From positions 1-11,088 of the IMG/VR virus record IMGVR_UViG_2744054872_000001: DNA of 11,088 nucleotides; one strand, 5' to 3'. Source of the DNA: a virus (Duplodnaviria; Heunggongvirae; Uroviricota; Caudoviricetes). Below are positions 1-8,553 of this stretch, in pieces. The stretch's first letter is position 1. Every line of letters starts with the position of its first letter. Both the position numbers and the translations under genes were made by a program. A model generated the notes under the pieces. It ran no database searches. It was not told where the DNA came from and saw nothing but the letters and a program-made list of their open reading frames with translations.

Positions 1-201
1 CTGATGGAAATGGAAGCCACGCAAGCACCTTAAAATCACCATCATACACTAAATCAGTAAGTTGGCAGCATTACCCAGATACCAGTCCCCCCATATCAAG
101 AACATTGGCTAACGTATAAGCGGCTTTTTGCTGGAATGATGGATCTTGTCCTGATTTAAGCCCAAACGCTCGACGTTGCGCTTCTGTATCATTCCAACCG
201 G

Positions 202-720
202 TTAAGCGAATTCCCAAAAACGCAAATCAACGATCGCTTCTTTGAATTCCGCGTCGTCTTCAGGTGGCAATGCTGCACGGCGCATCTCCAGCATTTCCAT
301 TGCCCAACCATCAAGCGGCACGATACGCCATTGATAAGGTACTCCCTCTACAGGCACCTCAATATCGTCAATGAACGGTTCCACTTCCAGGACCTGGATA
401 TCTTCAGCCAGAGCATTCATATCGCAATCGTAATAATGCTCTTTACCGCAATGTTTACAGGTGTAGGTGAATGTCTCGACCGGTGTTTCACGGGAGCCGG
501 TAAATATCCACCATAACGCGGTAATCCGGTCCTGCGCCGTCCATGTCAGGGGATCATGTTTCGCGGGTTCAGCCAGCAAGGCTTTTAAATACGCCGTTGT
601 CTGTTGTTCTTGTTCCTCCGGTGTTATCGAGTTGAAACGCATCGCATCAGCAATATTTGGCTGACGGAACTGGATCAATTCAGTTGGCCGCGATGGTAGC
701 GGGAAAAGGGGTAAAAGCAT
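202..720 (-). CDS. Hypothetical protein (172 aa) with a Cys cluster (C-x-H-C-G-x7-C-D); last gene of a three-gene operon
   Basis: ATG at 720-718, stop TAA at 204-202; 14 bp after the upstream gene; protein-like composition. Function not recognised. Confidence 0.55.
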   Translation of the reverse strand: MLLPLFPLPSRPTELIQFRQPNIADAMRFNSITPEEQEQQTTAYLKALLAEPAKHDPLTWTAQDRITALWWIFTGSRETPVETFTYTCKHCGKEHYYDCDMNALAEDIQVLEVEPFIDDIEVPVEGVPYQWRIVPLDGWAMEMLEMRRAALPPEDDAEFKEAIVDLRFWEFA

Positions 721-734
721 CCTTGCTCCTTAAT

Positions 735-1346
735 TCAAAGAGAAAAACTAAAGCCCAGAAGGGAAGCCAAAGAACTTGAGGATTGGTTAAACGTGCTGTG
801 CAATGCGAAGGTCATTGGGAATGACTTAAATTCCGTAACCTGATCCCGCGCATAGGTGACATCGCCGGTAGTGACCGGGAATACCGTCATCTCATTTTCC
901 AGTTTGGTTAAGCCGGAAGACAGCAACCGATAAATACGCACATTGAGCAAATATTTAGACGGTATATTCCCGGTACCGTCCGGATTGATCACCCGACTTT
1001 TTGCCGTCTTAAACCAGTCCAAAACGAGGCCATCAACGGTATCCCTGACCATCATTGTTATCTGCCCAGGCGAACGCTCTGTTGGTTGAAGGATATTCCC
1101 TCCGCCGATTTTAATCGTTTCATATTCGATGCTGTAATCGTGGTAGGTAATGTCTTTGGCAAAGAAGTCTGCCCCCTCCAGTCCATCAACTTCGACAGAG
1201 AACTGCCATCCTTGCGCGAACAGCATTTTGTTCATGATGATTGACGTCAGCTTACCAACTTCCCGCTCACCAACGCCGGAGCCAAATAATGTCGTCGTTA
1301 ATGCCGAAGATACATAAGACTTTACTGAAGCAACATTAAGCCCCAT
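735..1346 (-). CDS. Hypothetical protein (203 aa), middle gene of the three-gene operon
   Basis: ATG at 1346-1344 preceded on the minus strand by GAGGGGG; 10 bp after the upstream gene. No family recognised. Confidence 0.55.
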   Translation of the reverse strand: MGLNVASVKSYVSSALTTTLFGSGVGEREVGKLTSIIMNKMLFAQGWQFSVEVDGLEGADFFAKDITYHDYSIEYETIKIGGGNILQPTERSPGQITMMVRDTVDGLVLDWFKTAKSRVINPDGTGNIPSKYLLNVRIYRLLSSGLTKLENEMTVFPVTTGDVTYARDQVTEFKSFPMTFALHSTFNQSSSSLASLLGFSFSL

Positions 1347-1356
1347 ATCAGCCCCC

Positions 1357-1964
<608 letters not shown>

Positions 1965-2053
1965 ATGTCATTTGTCCATTGTGCCAACTGTTATTATGGA
2001 TATCATAATTCATACGAATCGCGCTGCTACAGGATGTATAGCAACCTTAATAA

Positions 2054-3313
2054 TTATTTGAATATATCAGTTATAGTTGGGTAATTATACATCTTAAGCT
2101 TATCTCTAAATTTCATAGAAAATATAGGGTCTACCTTACATCTGTGTAAGAGCTTTGCAATCCTTAGCTCCCTCTCATTCATAATATCTTTGTATTCGCT
2201 ATCAATACTTTCCTGAATTTGCTGATTCTCAACAGGAGACGGTTTAGTAATTTTATCCCATTGATAAGTTGGCTTCGTAGTGTAATTTAAACTATCATCA
2301 TTTTGGAGTAATGCCTCAAGACGAGACTTAGCATTTTCATATAGCATTCTATCTTGGGGCAACATACTTGCAACACGCATTTCCATTTCAATTTCCGATA
2401 CTATCATTTCAAGTTGACGTTTTTCCGTTTCAATAGCTAAAAGAAATGGAAATAGGGCTTCTTGCTTAATCATTTGACAATTCAAATTATTGTTTATGCC
2501 ACTAAGTAATTTTGTAAATGAGAACTTCTTTAAAGGCTGCTGATTTATAACACTCTGTCTAACTGGCATTGTGTAGTTCGGTGTTTTTTCAAGTGTTTTC
2601 TTCACTTGCTCTATAGCAACATTAGGAGTGTAGAAAACAGTCTTTGCTGGAATACGTAGCACCATAAACCCCTCCTTTATTGAATATTCATCACGAATAC
2701 GATCTCGCTCTATTTGTTCTGGGGATGAATGCCATGCTGCACCATCAATTTCTATAATTTGGCGTCCATTTACGACAAAATCAAAACGATAACGCTTATA
2801 GGGCACTTGCATTTCAAGCACTAAGTCAGGAGAAACTAACATTCCAGATTTAGGTTTAAGATTAAACTCTGCAACCATTTTACGAAGAAATGCCTCCTCA
2901 GCCGGAGATTCGCAACCTTTGCAAAATATATCAAGCCAGTTTTCTGCGTCAGCGTCAACAGTTTGCCACCATGCTAACAGTCCACGTCGGTGTCCATATA
3001 ATCGTTCATCTGACGGTTTTGTTAATGGCTTTGTTAACGGTTTAACTAAGGGTTCATTTAACGGCTTTAATAACGGCTTAAATAACGGCTTATTTAACGA
3101 ATTTAATAACGATTTATTTAATGGTTTGATTGACGGTCTATTTGACGACTCAATCGGTGGTTTAGATGATGATTTGTTTTTTTTATCAAAACCTACGATA
3201 GTTATATATGCTACATATAGCATCATGCCTGCAACAGGCCATACACATGGATAAATCACGTAACACAACAGTAATAGAACAATAGTCCCAAAAAATGTTA
3301 ACTTCTTCCGCAT
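2054..3313 (-). CDS. Membrane-anchored DUF559 (Vsr-like / restriction-endonuclease-fold) domain protein, 419 aa: two N-terminal hydrophobic helices, KPLx repeat linker, DUF559-like core, coiled-coil C-terminus
   Basis: N-terminus MRKK + two hydrophobic helices followed by DKKNK; linker KPLF-KPLL-KPLN-EPLV-KPLT-KPLT; core RFDFVVNGRQIIEIDGAAWH...RDRIRDEY...GFMVLRIP matches the DUF559 signature FDF...IE.DG..H...D..RD...G..VLR from memory. About 33% GC. Confidence 0.7.
   Translation of the reverse strand: MRKKLTFFGTIVLLLLCYVIYPCVWPVAGMMLYVAYITIVGFDKKNKSSSKPPIESSNRPSIKPLNKSLLNSLNKPLFKPLLKPLNEPLVKPLTKPLTKPSDERLYGHRRGLLAWWQTVDADAENWLDIFCKGCESPAEEAFLRKMVAEFNLKPKSGMLVSPDLVLEMQVPYKRYRFDFVVNGRQIIEIDGAAWHSSPEQIERDRIRDEYSIKEGFMVLRIPAKTVFYTPNVAIEQVKKTLEKTPNYTMPVRQSVINQQPLKKFSFTKLLSGINNNLNCQMIKQEALFPFLLAIETEKRQLEMIVSEIEMEMRVASMLPQDRMLYENAKSRLEALLQNDDSLNYTTKPTYQWDKITKPSPVENQQIQESIDSEYKDIMNERELRIAKLLHRCKVDPIFSMKFRDKLKMYNYPTITDIFK
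3013..3140. repeat. Imperfect 12-bp tandem repeat (about 9-10 units, consensus near TTWAATAACGGC) encoding the KPLx linker
   Basis: ACGG/ACGA/ATGG recurs at 3013, 3037, 3061, 3073, 3085, 3097, 3109, 3121, 3133, i.e. 12-bp period from 3061 onward; in frame with the 419-aa CDS. Confidence 0.7.
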
Positions 3314-3540
3314 ACCAAACTCTTTGCATCAATAAAGGGGACTGGCTTATATAATCAAATCACATGCCCGAAATAAAAGATGACCAACACCAACGGAAAT
3401 CACACTCTAAACTAATATACATTAACACTTAATATCGCCATCACAATTGATTGATTATGCTAATTTAAAAATGATATTTTTACAGAGAATATACAGCTCT
3501 ACAAGATGACTATTACACCAAAATTTAAAAAAATCATTGG

Positions 3541-3582
3541 CAACCTTGTAGAATTGATATTAACAATCGATTCTACGGGTTG
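3541..3582. promoter_or_regulatory. Palindrome copy B: CAACC-TT-GTAGAAT-N15-ATTCTAC-G-GGTTG; candidate operator for the 419-aa gene and/or weak terminator for the upstream operon
   Basis: Core GTAGAAT 3548-3554 and ATTCTAC 3570-3576 with a 15-nt spacer, identical spacing to copy A; on the minus strand the hairpin is followed by a U-rich tract (AUGAUUUUUUUAAAUUUU). Confidence 0.45.
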
Positions 3583-3628
3583 CCATTTGCTACATAGAGT
3601 GTAATAAGAGAGGATGGTTCAACGGAAA

Positions 3629-4168
3629 TTACCACCAGCTACTGGCTTTTTTCTCCCTTGCTTTACCTTCGCTTTGCAATAAATCCTTACTCCCTGAAGA
3701 GATGTTACGATTTGCATCAGCTTCAGACTGAATCACATCAGTTCTTGCAGCCCTTTCCTTTAGCTCCTGCTCAATGAAATCGTTTTCTCTCTTAACTCGA
3801 GCAGCTTTCGCTTGTAGCTCAAGCTTCATTTTCTCAAGTTCTAATTTACGAAGCTCATCTTCATAAGCCTGATTTCGCTTTTTCTCTGCGGTCAATTCAG
3901 CTTCACGCTTCGCTCTGCGCTCATTTTCCGCCGCTATACGAGCTTTCTCGCGGGCATTTGCAGCTGCCGCAGCCCTCTCTCTTCTTAAACGTTCAGCATT
4001 TTCTTGCTTGCGAATTTGCTCTAGTCTGGCATCCTCCAGCTGCTGTTCTCTTGCTCGACCTTCACTTTCTGCCTGGGCAATAGCAGCTATTTGACTCTGC
4101 AATGAATTAGCAAATACATTGCCTGTATTCAAAGCAGCCAAACATAAATAACAAATAATTTTCTTCAT
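3629..4168 (-). CDS. Secreted (Sec signal peptide) charged coiled-coil protein, 179 aa
   Basis: N-terminus MKKIICYLCLAALNTGNVFA|NS looks like a cleavable signal peptide; the rest is E/R/K/A-rich heptad-like sequence; starts 11 bp after the lipoprotein stop. Confidence 0.7.
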   Translation of the reverse strand: MKKIICYLCLAALNTGNVFANSLQSQIAAIAQAESEGRAREQQLEDARLEQIRKQENAERLRRERAAAAANAREKARIAAENERRAKREAELTAEKKRNQAYEDELRKLELEKMKLELQAKAARVKRENDFIEQELKERAARTDVIQSEADANRNISSGSKDLLQSEGKAREKKASSWW

Positions 4169-4179
4169 ATCTTATTGAG

Positions 4180-4701
4180 TTATTTTTTATCAGGACATGT
4201 AGCATTAGGTTGAATGCGCGTTTCGTTTTCTTTCGTTGAAATCAAAGCCGCGATTCCAGGGGCAAATTGGCAAGCTCTACCAACCTGTGTAGATGTATAG
4301 ACTTTAGTACCTTCCTTGTAAGTAAGAGATACACCTTCAACAATTGATTTATCACTTACCATAGAACCAGCAGCTGCGCCAAGAGCTCCACCGCCAGCAC
4401 CACCAGCAACTGCACCCAAGGTAGAAGTTCCTTTAATATTATATCCAGCAACACTACCAGCTACTGCACCGAGAACAGCACCGAAAGTCTGAGCTGCTTG
4501 TTTATTAGCTGTATTATCAACTTTTACTTTGGCTGGGAGAACAGAGATTATATTTACTACTCTTGTTTCTTGTTTTGAATTAAGTTGGGCTGTGTCGTAC
4601 ACATCTGCCGCATATTCAGCACCATTAGACTGACACCCTGAGAGAAAAATTGCAGAAACAACCATGACGCATAAAGAAGAAATTTTAGCCATTAGAATCA
4701 T
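4180..4701 (-). CDS. SlyB-like outer-membrane lipoprotein with glycine-zipper domain (about 170 aa from ATG 4701; alternative ATG 4692; the ORF-track start at 4752 is probably too long)
   Basis: Lipobox FLSGC after a K-containing n-region; Q at +2; GxxxG zipper AVLGAVAGSVAG...AVAGGAGGGALGAAAGS; architecture resembles SlyB/Pcp family. Confidence 0.7.
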   Translation of the reverse strand: MILMAKISSLCVMVVSAIFLSGCQSNGAEYAADVYDTAQLNSKQETRVVNIISVLPAKVKVDNTANKQAAQTFGAVLGAVAGSVAGYNIKGTSTLGAVAGGAGGGALGAAAGSMVSDKSIVEGVSLTYKEGTKVYTSTQVGRACQFAPGIAALISTKENETRIQPNATCPDKK

Positions 4702-4766
4702 CCCAGAAAAAAAATATAATCCAAGAAAATCTATCACATAAGCCAAATACAAACAAGATTAATCCT

Positions 4767-4815
4767 ATTGATGTATATCAATTATTATAAAAAATACGAT
4801 CTTCATTGCTGAAGC
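4767..4815 (-). promoter_or_regulatory. Candidate promoter for the lipoprotein/coiled-coil operon with an inverted repeat ATTGAT-GTAT-ATCAAT at the predicted start site
   Basis: Minus-strand TATAAT at 4789-4784; weak -35 around 4808-4813; inverted repeat 4767-4782 directly downstream. Sequence inspection only. Confidence 0.3.
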
Positions 4816-4982
4816 TGCGTTATATTAAGTCTAAAAAAATCAACTATCGACATTATATGCTCTGCTAATAATTTACACTTGATTTAGTTGAGTTGGTTTA
4901 ATATTGACACTAACTCACTCTCTAATTATATACAATTTCCAATTTTATATGCGCATATATGGAAACCTATACCAACAGCATG

Positions 4983-5030
4983 TTGCTCTAATAAATTTGT
5001 CTTTTTAAGTCACGAATGCTATCTTTTCGC
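4983..5030 (+). repeat. Conserved upstream box, copy 1 (TTGCTCTAATAAATTT-N-TTTT-TAAGT...GAAT...TTTCG)
   Basis: About 27 of 35 core positions identical to copy 2 at 6644-6692; lies about 300 bp upstream of the 73-aa ORF and first antirepressor gene. Confidence 0.5.
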
Positions 5031-5312
5031 ATCATATTGACCTTTTAATCGTTCAGGCTTATAGTTCCGCCGTCGTAGCAAATTCTGCGACCGGGTTTAG
5101 CAGCCTGAATGATTGTGCGGACAGCCGCAGATATCCGATATTGCGGTATTTTTGTGTCCGTAAAACCGCGTTACGCCCAAATTATGGTGGGACGTGATGG
5201 GGAGGCTTCGGCCTGCTGGTTTCACAATCGCCAGTCTGCTAACCCCGTCACGTCCTGCCACCTGTTTAGCAGCGGGTAGCAGGTTGTTAAACCTGATTGT
5301 GAGGCCGTAACT

Positions 5313-5534
5313 ATGGTTAATGCCAATCCTTACGCACGCCAAGAATTCATCTGGCGTTTCTATTCCTGTAAAAAACACCACTATCACTTCGTCATCGCAG
5401 CAACAGAAGACGAAGCACGCTCTCAATTGCCTGATGGCCCCTGCATTTTTACTGCCCGTTTTTCAACTAACTCGCGCAATTCACTTAGTTACTGGAACCT
5501 CCCCTTCTCTGCCGACGTTCAGGGGGATTTATGA
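5313..5534 (+). CDS. Small hypothetical protein (73 aa), translationally coupled to the downstream antirepressor
   Basis: GAGG 9-12 nt upstream of ATG 5313; stop TGA overlaps the ATG of the next gene (ATGA at 5531-5534); more protein-like than overlapping frames. Confidence 0.4.
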   Translation: MVNANPYARQEFIWRFYSCKKHHYHFVIAATEDEARSQLPDGPCIFTARFSTNSRNSLSYWNLPFSADVQGDL

Positions 5535-6565
5535 AAAAACCTCTCGTCACCCGTAATGAAATAGCCGAAGCGATCGCCCTGCATACAACCTGTATGCCGA
5601 CACGGGAGATCCCCGGCGCAATTGCCAACTATTTCATGATAACCAGACGTTTTTATACCCGAACAGATAAGGCTGTGATCAACAAGCTACTGATAGCCGA
5701 GATCAGGGATTATTTGATTGAACAAGGACGTCTACGTTACGCAACAGTGGCAGCAGAAATGAGAAAGGAGGCACACAGAGTGACCGGTAAAAATTTGAAT
5801 ATTGAAAAACCAGCACCTGTTACGTCAGCTACGCCAACACCAGCCGTGAATGTCATCCCCAACATCGGAGACACAATCGACAGCCAAACATTGTTGAAGA
5901 TGGTCAATGAGGCACGGAAATTATGTAGCGAAAAACCAGTTCGCAATAATGATTTCATTGCCAGAGTTAAGGATGAACTTGAAGGAGAAACCTACGAAAT
6001 TTTCGTAGGTCAAAAAAACGGCGCAGAAATAGATATTATAACAATGACCTACAAACAAGCCCTGCGAGTTGCCGCGCGCGAGTCAAAAGCGGTCCGCCGT
6101 TCGCTGATCGACAAACTGGAAGAATTACAGCAGGCAAACTCCCCTACCCCATCGATCCCCCAGACATTACCAGAAGCCCTACGCCTGGCTGCCGAGTTAG
6201 CAGAACAGAAAATGCAGTTGGAACAACAGCTGGTGGCCGCAGCCCCTAAAGTCGATTTTGCCGACCGGGTATCAGTGGCCAATGGAATCCTGATCGGGAA
6301 CTTTGCAAAGGTCGTTGGACTTAAGCAAAACGCCCTTTTCTCATGGTTGCGCCAGAACGGCATTCTCATGGCTTTTGGTGCGCGCAAAAACGTACCGCGC
6401 CAACAGTACATCAACGCCGGGTATTTCACGGTGAAAGAAGTGGTGTTGGATGATGAAAATGGCTACCAGATACGGCTGACGCCCCAATTAACGGGTAAAG
6501 GCCAGCAGTGGTTAACTCGCAAGCTACTTGATGCTGGTTTGTTAAAACCAGTAGCAATAGGTTAA
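5531..6565 (+). CDS. Phage antirepressor, KilA-C (ANT-type) C-terminal domain, 344 aa
   Basis: C-terminal block LPEALRLAAELAEQK...PKVDFADRV...GILIGNFAKVVGL...LFSWLRQNGIL...RKNVPRQQYINAGYF matches the KilA-C signature and is paralogous to the next gene; SD GGGGGA before ATG. Confidence 0.8.
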   Translation: MKKPLVTRNEIAEAIALHTTCMPTREIPGAIANYFMITRRFYTRTDKAVINKLLIAEIRDYLIEQGRLRYATVAAEMRKEAHRVTGKNLNIEKPAPVTSATPTPAVNVIPNIGDTIDSQTLLKMVNEARKLCSEKPVRNNDFIARVKDELEGETYEIFVGQKNGAEIDIITMTYKQALRVAARESKAVRRSLIDKLEELQQANSPTPSIPQTLPEALRLAAELAEQKMQLEQQLVAAAPKVDFADRVSVANGILIGNFAKVVGLKQNALFSWLRQNGILMAFGARKNVPRQQYINAGYFTVKEVVLDDENGYQIRLTPQLTGKGQQWLTRKLLDAGLLKPVAIG

Positions 6566-6576
6566 CAAAAGAAAAA

Positions 6577-6603
6577 ACCTGCCAGCAAACTGACAGGTTT
6601 CTG
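6577..6603 (+). terminator. Weak hairpin (8 of 9 bp stem, CAAA loop) after antirepressor 1; A-run upstream and short T-run downstream
   Basis: ACCUGCCAG-CAAA-CUGACAGGU with one C-A mismatch; only UUU follows on the plus strand. Confidence 0.3.
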
Positions 6604-6643
6604 AGCAGATCGACCAACCCGATCTGGATCGAGTTAGAAAAAT

Positions 6644-6692
6644 TTGCTCTAATAAATTTCGTTTTCTAAGTGCAAAGAATCACCATTTCGAG
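6644..6692 (+). repeat. Conserved upstream box, copy 2, about 40 bp before antirepressor 2; followed by inverted repeat AATCACCA-N8-TGGTGATT (6678-6701)
   Basis: Direct repeat of 4983-5030; its position relative to the 6729 start suggests promoter or operator. Confidence 0.5.
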
Positions 6693-6728
6693 CTGGTGAT
6701 TGAAGGTTGATGCAAATTTGGAGAAAAA

Positions 6729-7529
6729 ATGCAACAAACATTCAATGCGGATATGAATATATCAAACCTTCATCAAAATGTCGATCCTTCAACCACTCTT
6801 CCCGTTATTTGTGGTGTTGAAATTACGACCGACCGCGCTGGCCGTTACAACCTTAATGCTCTACACAGAGCGAGCGGACTCGGTGCCCATAAAGCGCCAG
6901 CTCAATGGCTAAGAACGCTGTCAGCTAAACAGCTCATCGAAGAGCTTGAAAAAGAAACTATGCAGAATTGCATAGTTTCGTTCGAAGGCCGTGGCGGCGG
7001 CACTTTTGCCCATGAATTGCTCGCAGTGGAGTACGCTGGTTGGATTTCTCCCGCGTTTCGGCTGAAGGTAAACCAGACATTTATCGACTATCGAGCTGGA
7101 AGATTACAACCTGCTATTCCGCAGAGTCTCCCTGAAGCTCTCCGTTTGGCTGCCGAACTGGCAGAGCAAAAGCAACGGCTGGAGCAAAAAATGCTTATGG
7201 ATGCACCTAAAGTCGAATTCGCCGAACGCGTTGCTACCGCCAGCGGGGTTCTAATCGGCAACTATGCCAAAGTGCTCGGCCTGGGCCAAAACTATCTCTT
7301 CACCTGGTTGCGTGATAACGGAATTCTGATCGCAACCGGTGAACGCAGGAACGTCCCCAAACAAGAATACATATCCCGTGGATATTTCACCCTTAAAGAA
7401 ACCGTGATCGATACAAGCAATGGAAGCAGGATTTCTTTCACGACTCGTATAACCGGCAAAGGTCAGCAGTGGCTGATGAAGCGATTGCTTGATGCTGGTG
7501 TGCTGGTACCTGTCGCGGCAACGCGCTAA
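6729..7529 (+). CDS. Phage antirepressor with KilA-N N-terminal domain and KilA-C C-terminal domain, 266 aa
   Basis: N-terminal YNLNALHRASGLG...GTFAHELLAVEYAGWISPAFRLKV resembles KilA-N; C-terminal block paralogous to 6130-6565; SD GGAG before ATG. Confidence 0.8.
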   Translation: MQQTFNADMNISNLHQNVDPSTTLPVICGVEITTDRAGRYNLNALHRASGLGAHKAPAQWLRTLSAKQLIEELEKETMQNCIVSFEGRGGGTFAHELLAVEYAGWISPAFRLKVNQTFIDYRAGRLQPAIPQSLPEALRLAAELAEQKQRLEQKMLMDAPKVEFAERVATASGVLIGNYAKVLGLGQNYLFTWLRDNGILIATGERRNVPKQEYISRGYFTLKETVIDTSNGSRISFTTRITGKGQQWLMKRLLDAGVLVPVAATR

Positions 7530-7558
7530 CAGACGTAGTAAGAACCACCAGCATTGTA

Positions 7559-8059
7559 ATGCTGGCTAAAGTCACTTTCCTGAGCTGTATAACGATGAGC
7601 GATTTTACTTTTTCTGGCTATGAATTGGCCTGCTTTGTAACACACTCCGGTCTATCCCGTAGCGCCGGGCATATCCTGTCGCAATGTGCAAATCTCGCGG
7701 CAACAACCAGTGAATACTTCATTCACAAGCCTCACCGCCTGATCGCGGCAGAAACTGGTTATAGCCAATCAACCGTCGTTCGTGCATTCCGTGAAGCTGT
7801 AAACAAAGGAATCCTGTCTGTAGAGATTGTTATCGGCGATCACCGTGAACGTCGCGCTAACCTGTACCGGTTTACACCATCCTTTTTGGCCTTCGCACAA
7901 CAAGCCAAAAATGCGCTGACTGAAAGCAAATTAAAGATCTCTTCAGCGGCAACCAAGGTTAAAGCTGTTATCGCTAAGACATTGGCTTTATTTAATTTTA
8001 TATCCACACCCCATGTCAAAATGATACCCCCTCCCCCTGTCAGGATGACGTGGCAATAA
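7559..8059 (+). CDS. Putative helix-turn-helix DNA-binding protein (166 aa; start may instead be ATG 7595)
   Basis: HTH-like segment AETGYSQSTVVRAFREAVNKGIL; ATG 7559 sits inside hairpin 7548-7565, so the start is uncertain. Confidence 0.4.
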   Translation: MLAKVTFLSCITMSDFTFSGYELACFVTHSGLSRSAGHILSQCANLAATTSEYFIHKPHRLIAAETGYSQSTVVRAFREAVNKGILSVEIVIGDHRERRANLYRFTPSFLAFAQQAKNALTESKLKISSAATKVKAVIAKTLALFNFISTPHVKMIPPPPVRMTWQ

Positions 8060-8403
8060 AGAATAAGAAGTCACAAGTTAAAAAAACAAAAAGATCAGTT
8101 TCCGGCGGTGCCGGAACGTCCAGACTCAAAAAATTGACTTCATGGATCGCTGAGGCAAAAGCAAAGGCTGACAATCTGCGGTTATCCCAAAAACGCGCTC
8201 AAAAACATGAGTTCAAGCAGAAAGTAGAGGCGGCTGCGCGGAAATATGCTTACCTGAAGAACAAGCGTTCGCCTGATATTGGCGGGATATCAAACTTCGA
8301 TAACCTACCGCATTGCATGACGGTAAACGAAGCTCTTAATGCGGTTTTAGCCAAAAATAAAGATAACGATCAATGGGGTATACCGGCGGGATTCAGAGGG
8401 TGA
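8050..8403 (+). CDS. Basic lysine-rich hypothetical protein (117 aa), GTG start overlapping the upstream stop
   Basis: ORF begins with GTG at 8050 and overlaps the previous ORF by 10 nt; K/R-rich; no family recognised. Confidence 0.3.
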   Translation: MAIKNKKSQVKKTKRSVSGGAGTSRLKKLTSWIAEAKAKADNLRLSQKRAQKHEFKQKVEAAARKYAYLKNKRSPDIGGISNFDNLPHCMTVNEALNAVLAKNKDNDQWGIPAGFRG

Positions 8404-8553
8404 TAGATTGCTCTAATCTGGAGTCACCTGGCGTTTTCAGTATGGATTTTCTTTGGCGCGGTCTGGCCATTAGGGATCATGTTTGCTGCAACGTTTCTTC
8501 TGATGTGGGTATTCACCCTTCCAGGTGATTTCTATAGAAAAAAAGCCAGACAT

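Noticed and set aside
71-213. Open -1 frame continuing past the stop of the 172-aa gene (about 48 codons); possible programmed frameshift
   Set aside because: The overlap sequence (CGTTTTTGG) is not a canonical X-XXY-YYZ slippery heptamer, no start codon with SD is present, and a stretch this short is open by chance at about 50% GC.
331-664. Plus-strand ORFs 331-516 and 467-664
   Set aside because: Entirely antisense to the 172-aa minus-strand gene; low-complexity translations without SD; treated as shadow ORFs.
2919-3254. Plus-strand ORF (111 aa) rich in NGL/FNG repeats
   Set aside because: It is the antisense reading of the KPLx tandem repeat inside the 419-aa gene; the repetitive translation is an artefact of the repeat.
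5097-5556. Minus-strand ORF 5097-5426 (109 aa, Cys-rich) and plus-strand ORF 5320-5556 (78 aa)
   Set aside because: Both overlap the better-supported 73-aa ORF (SD plus ATGA coupling to the antirepressor); translations look non-protein-like (Cys/Ser-rich, no SD).
5737-6617. Minus-strand ORFs 5737-5958, 6049-6429 and 6426-6617
   Set aside because: Antisense to the well-supported antirepressor CDS; Cys/Ser/Ala-rich shadow frames.
8404-8500. Short plus-strand ORF of about 28 codons (ATG near 8443) in the hok upstream region
   Set aside because: No SD, very short, and located where hok-family loci carry promoter and leader sequence.
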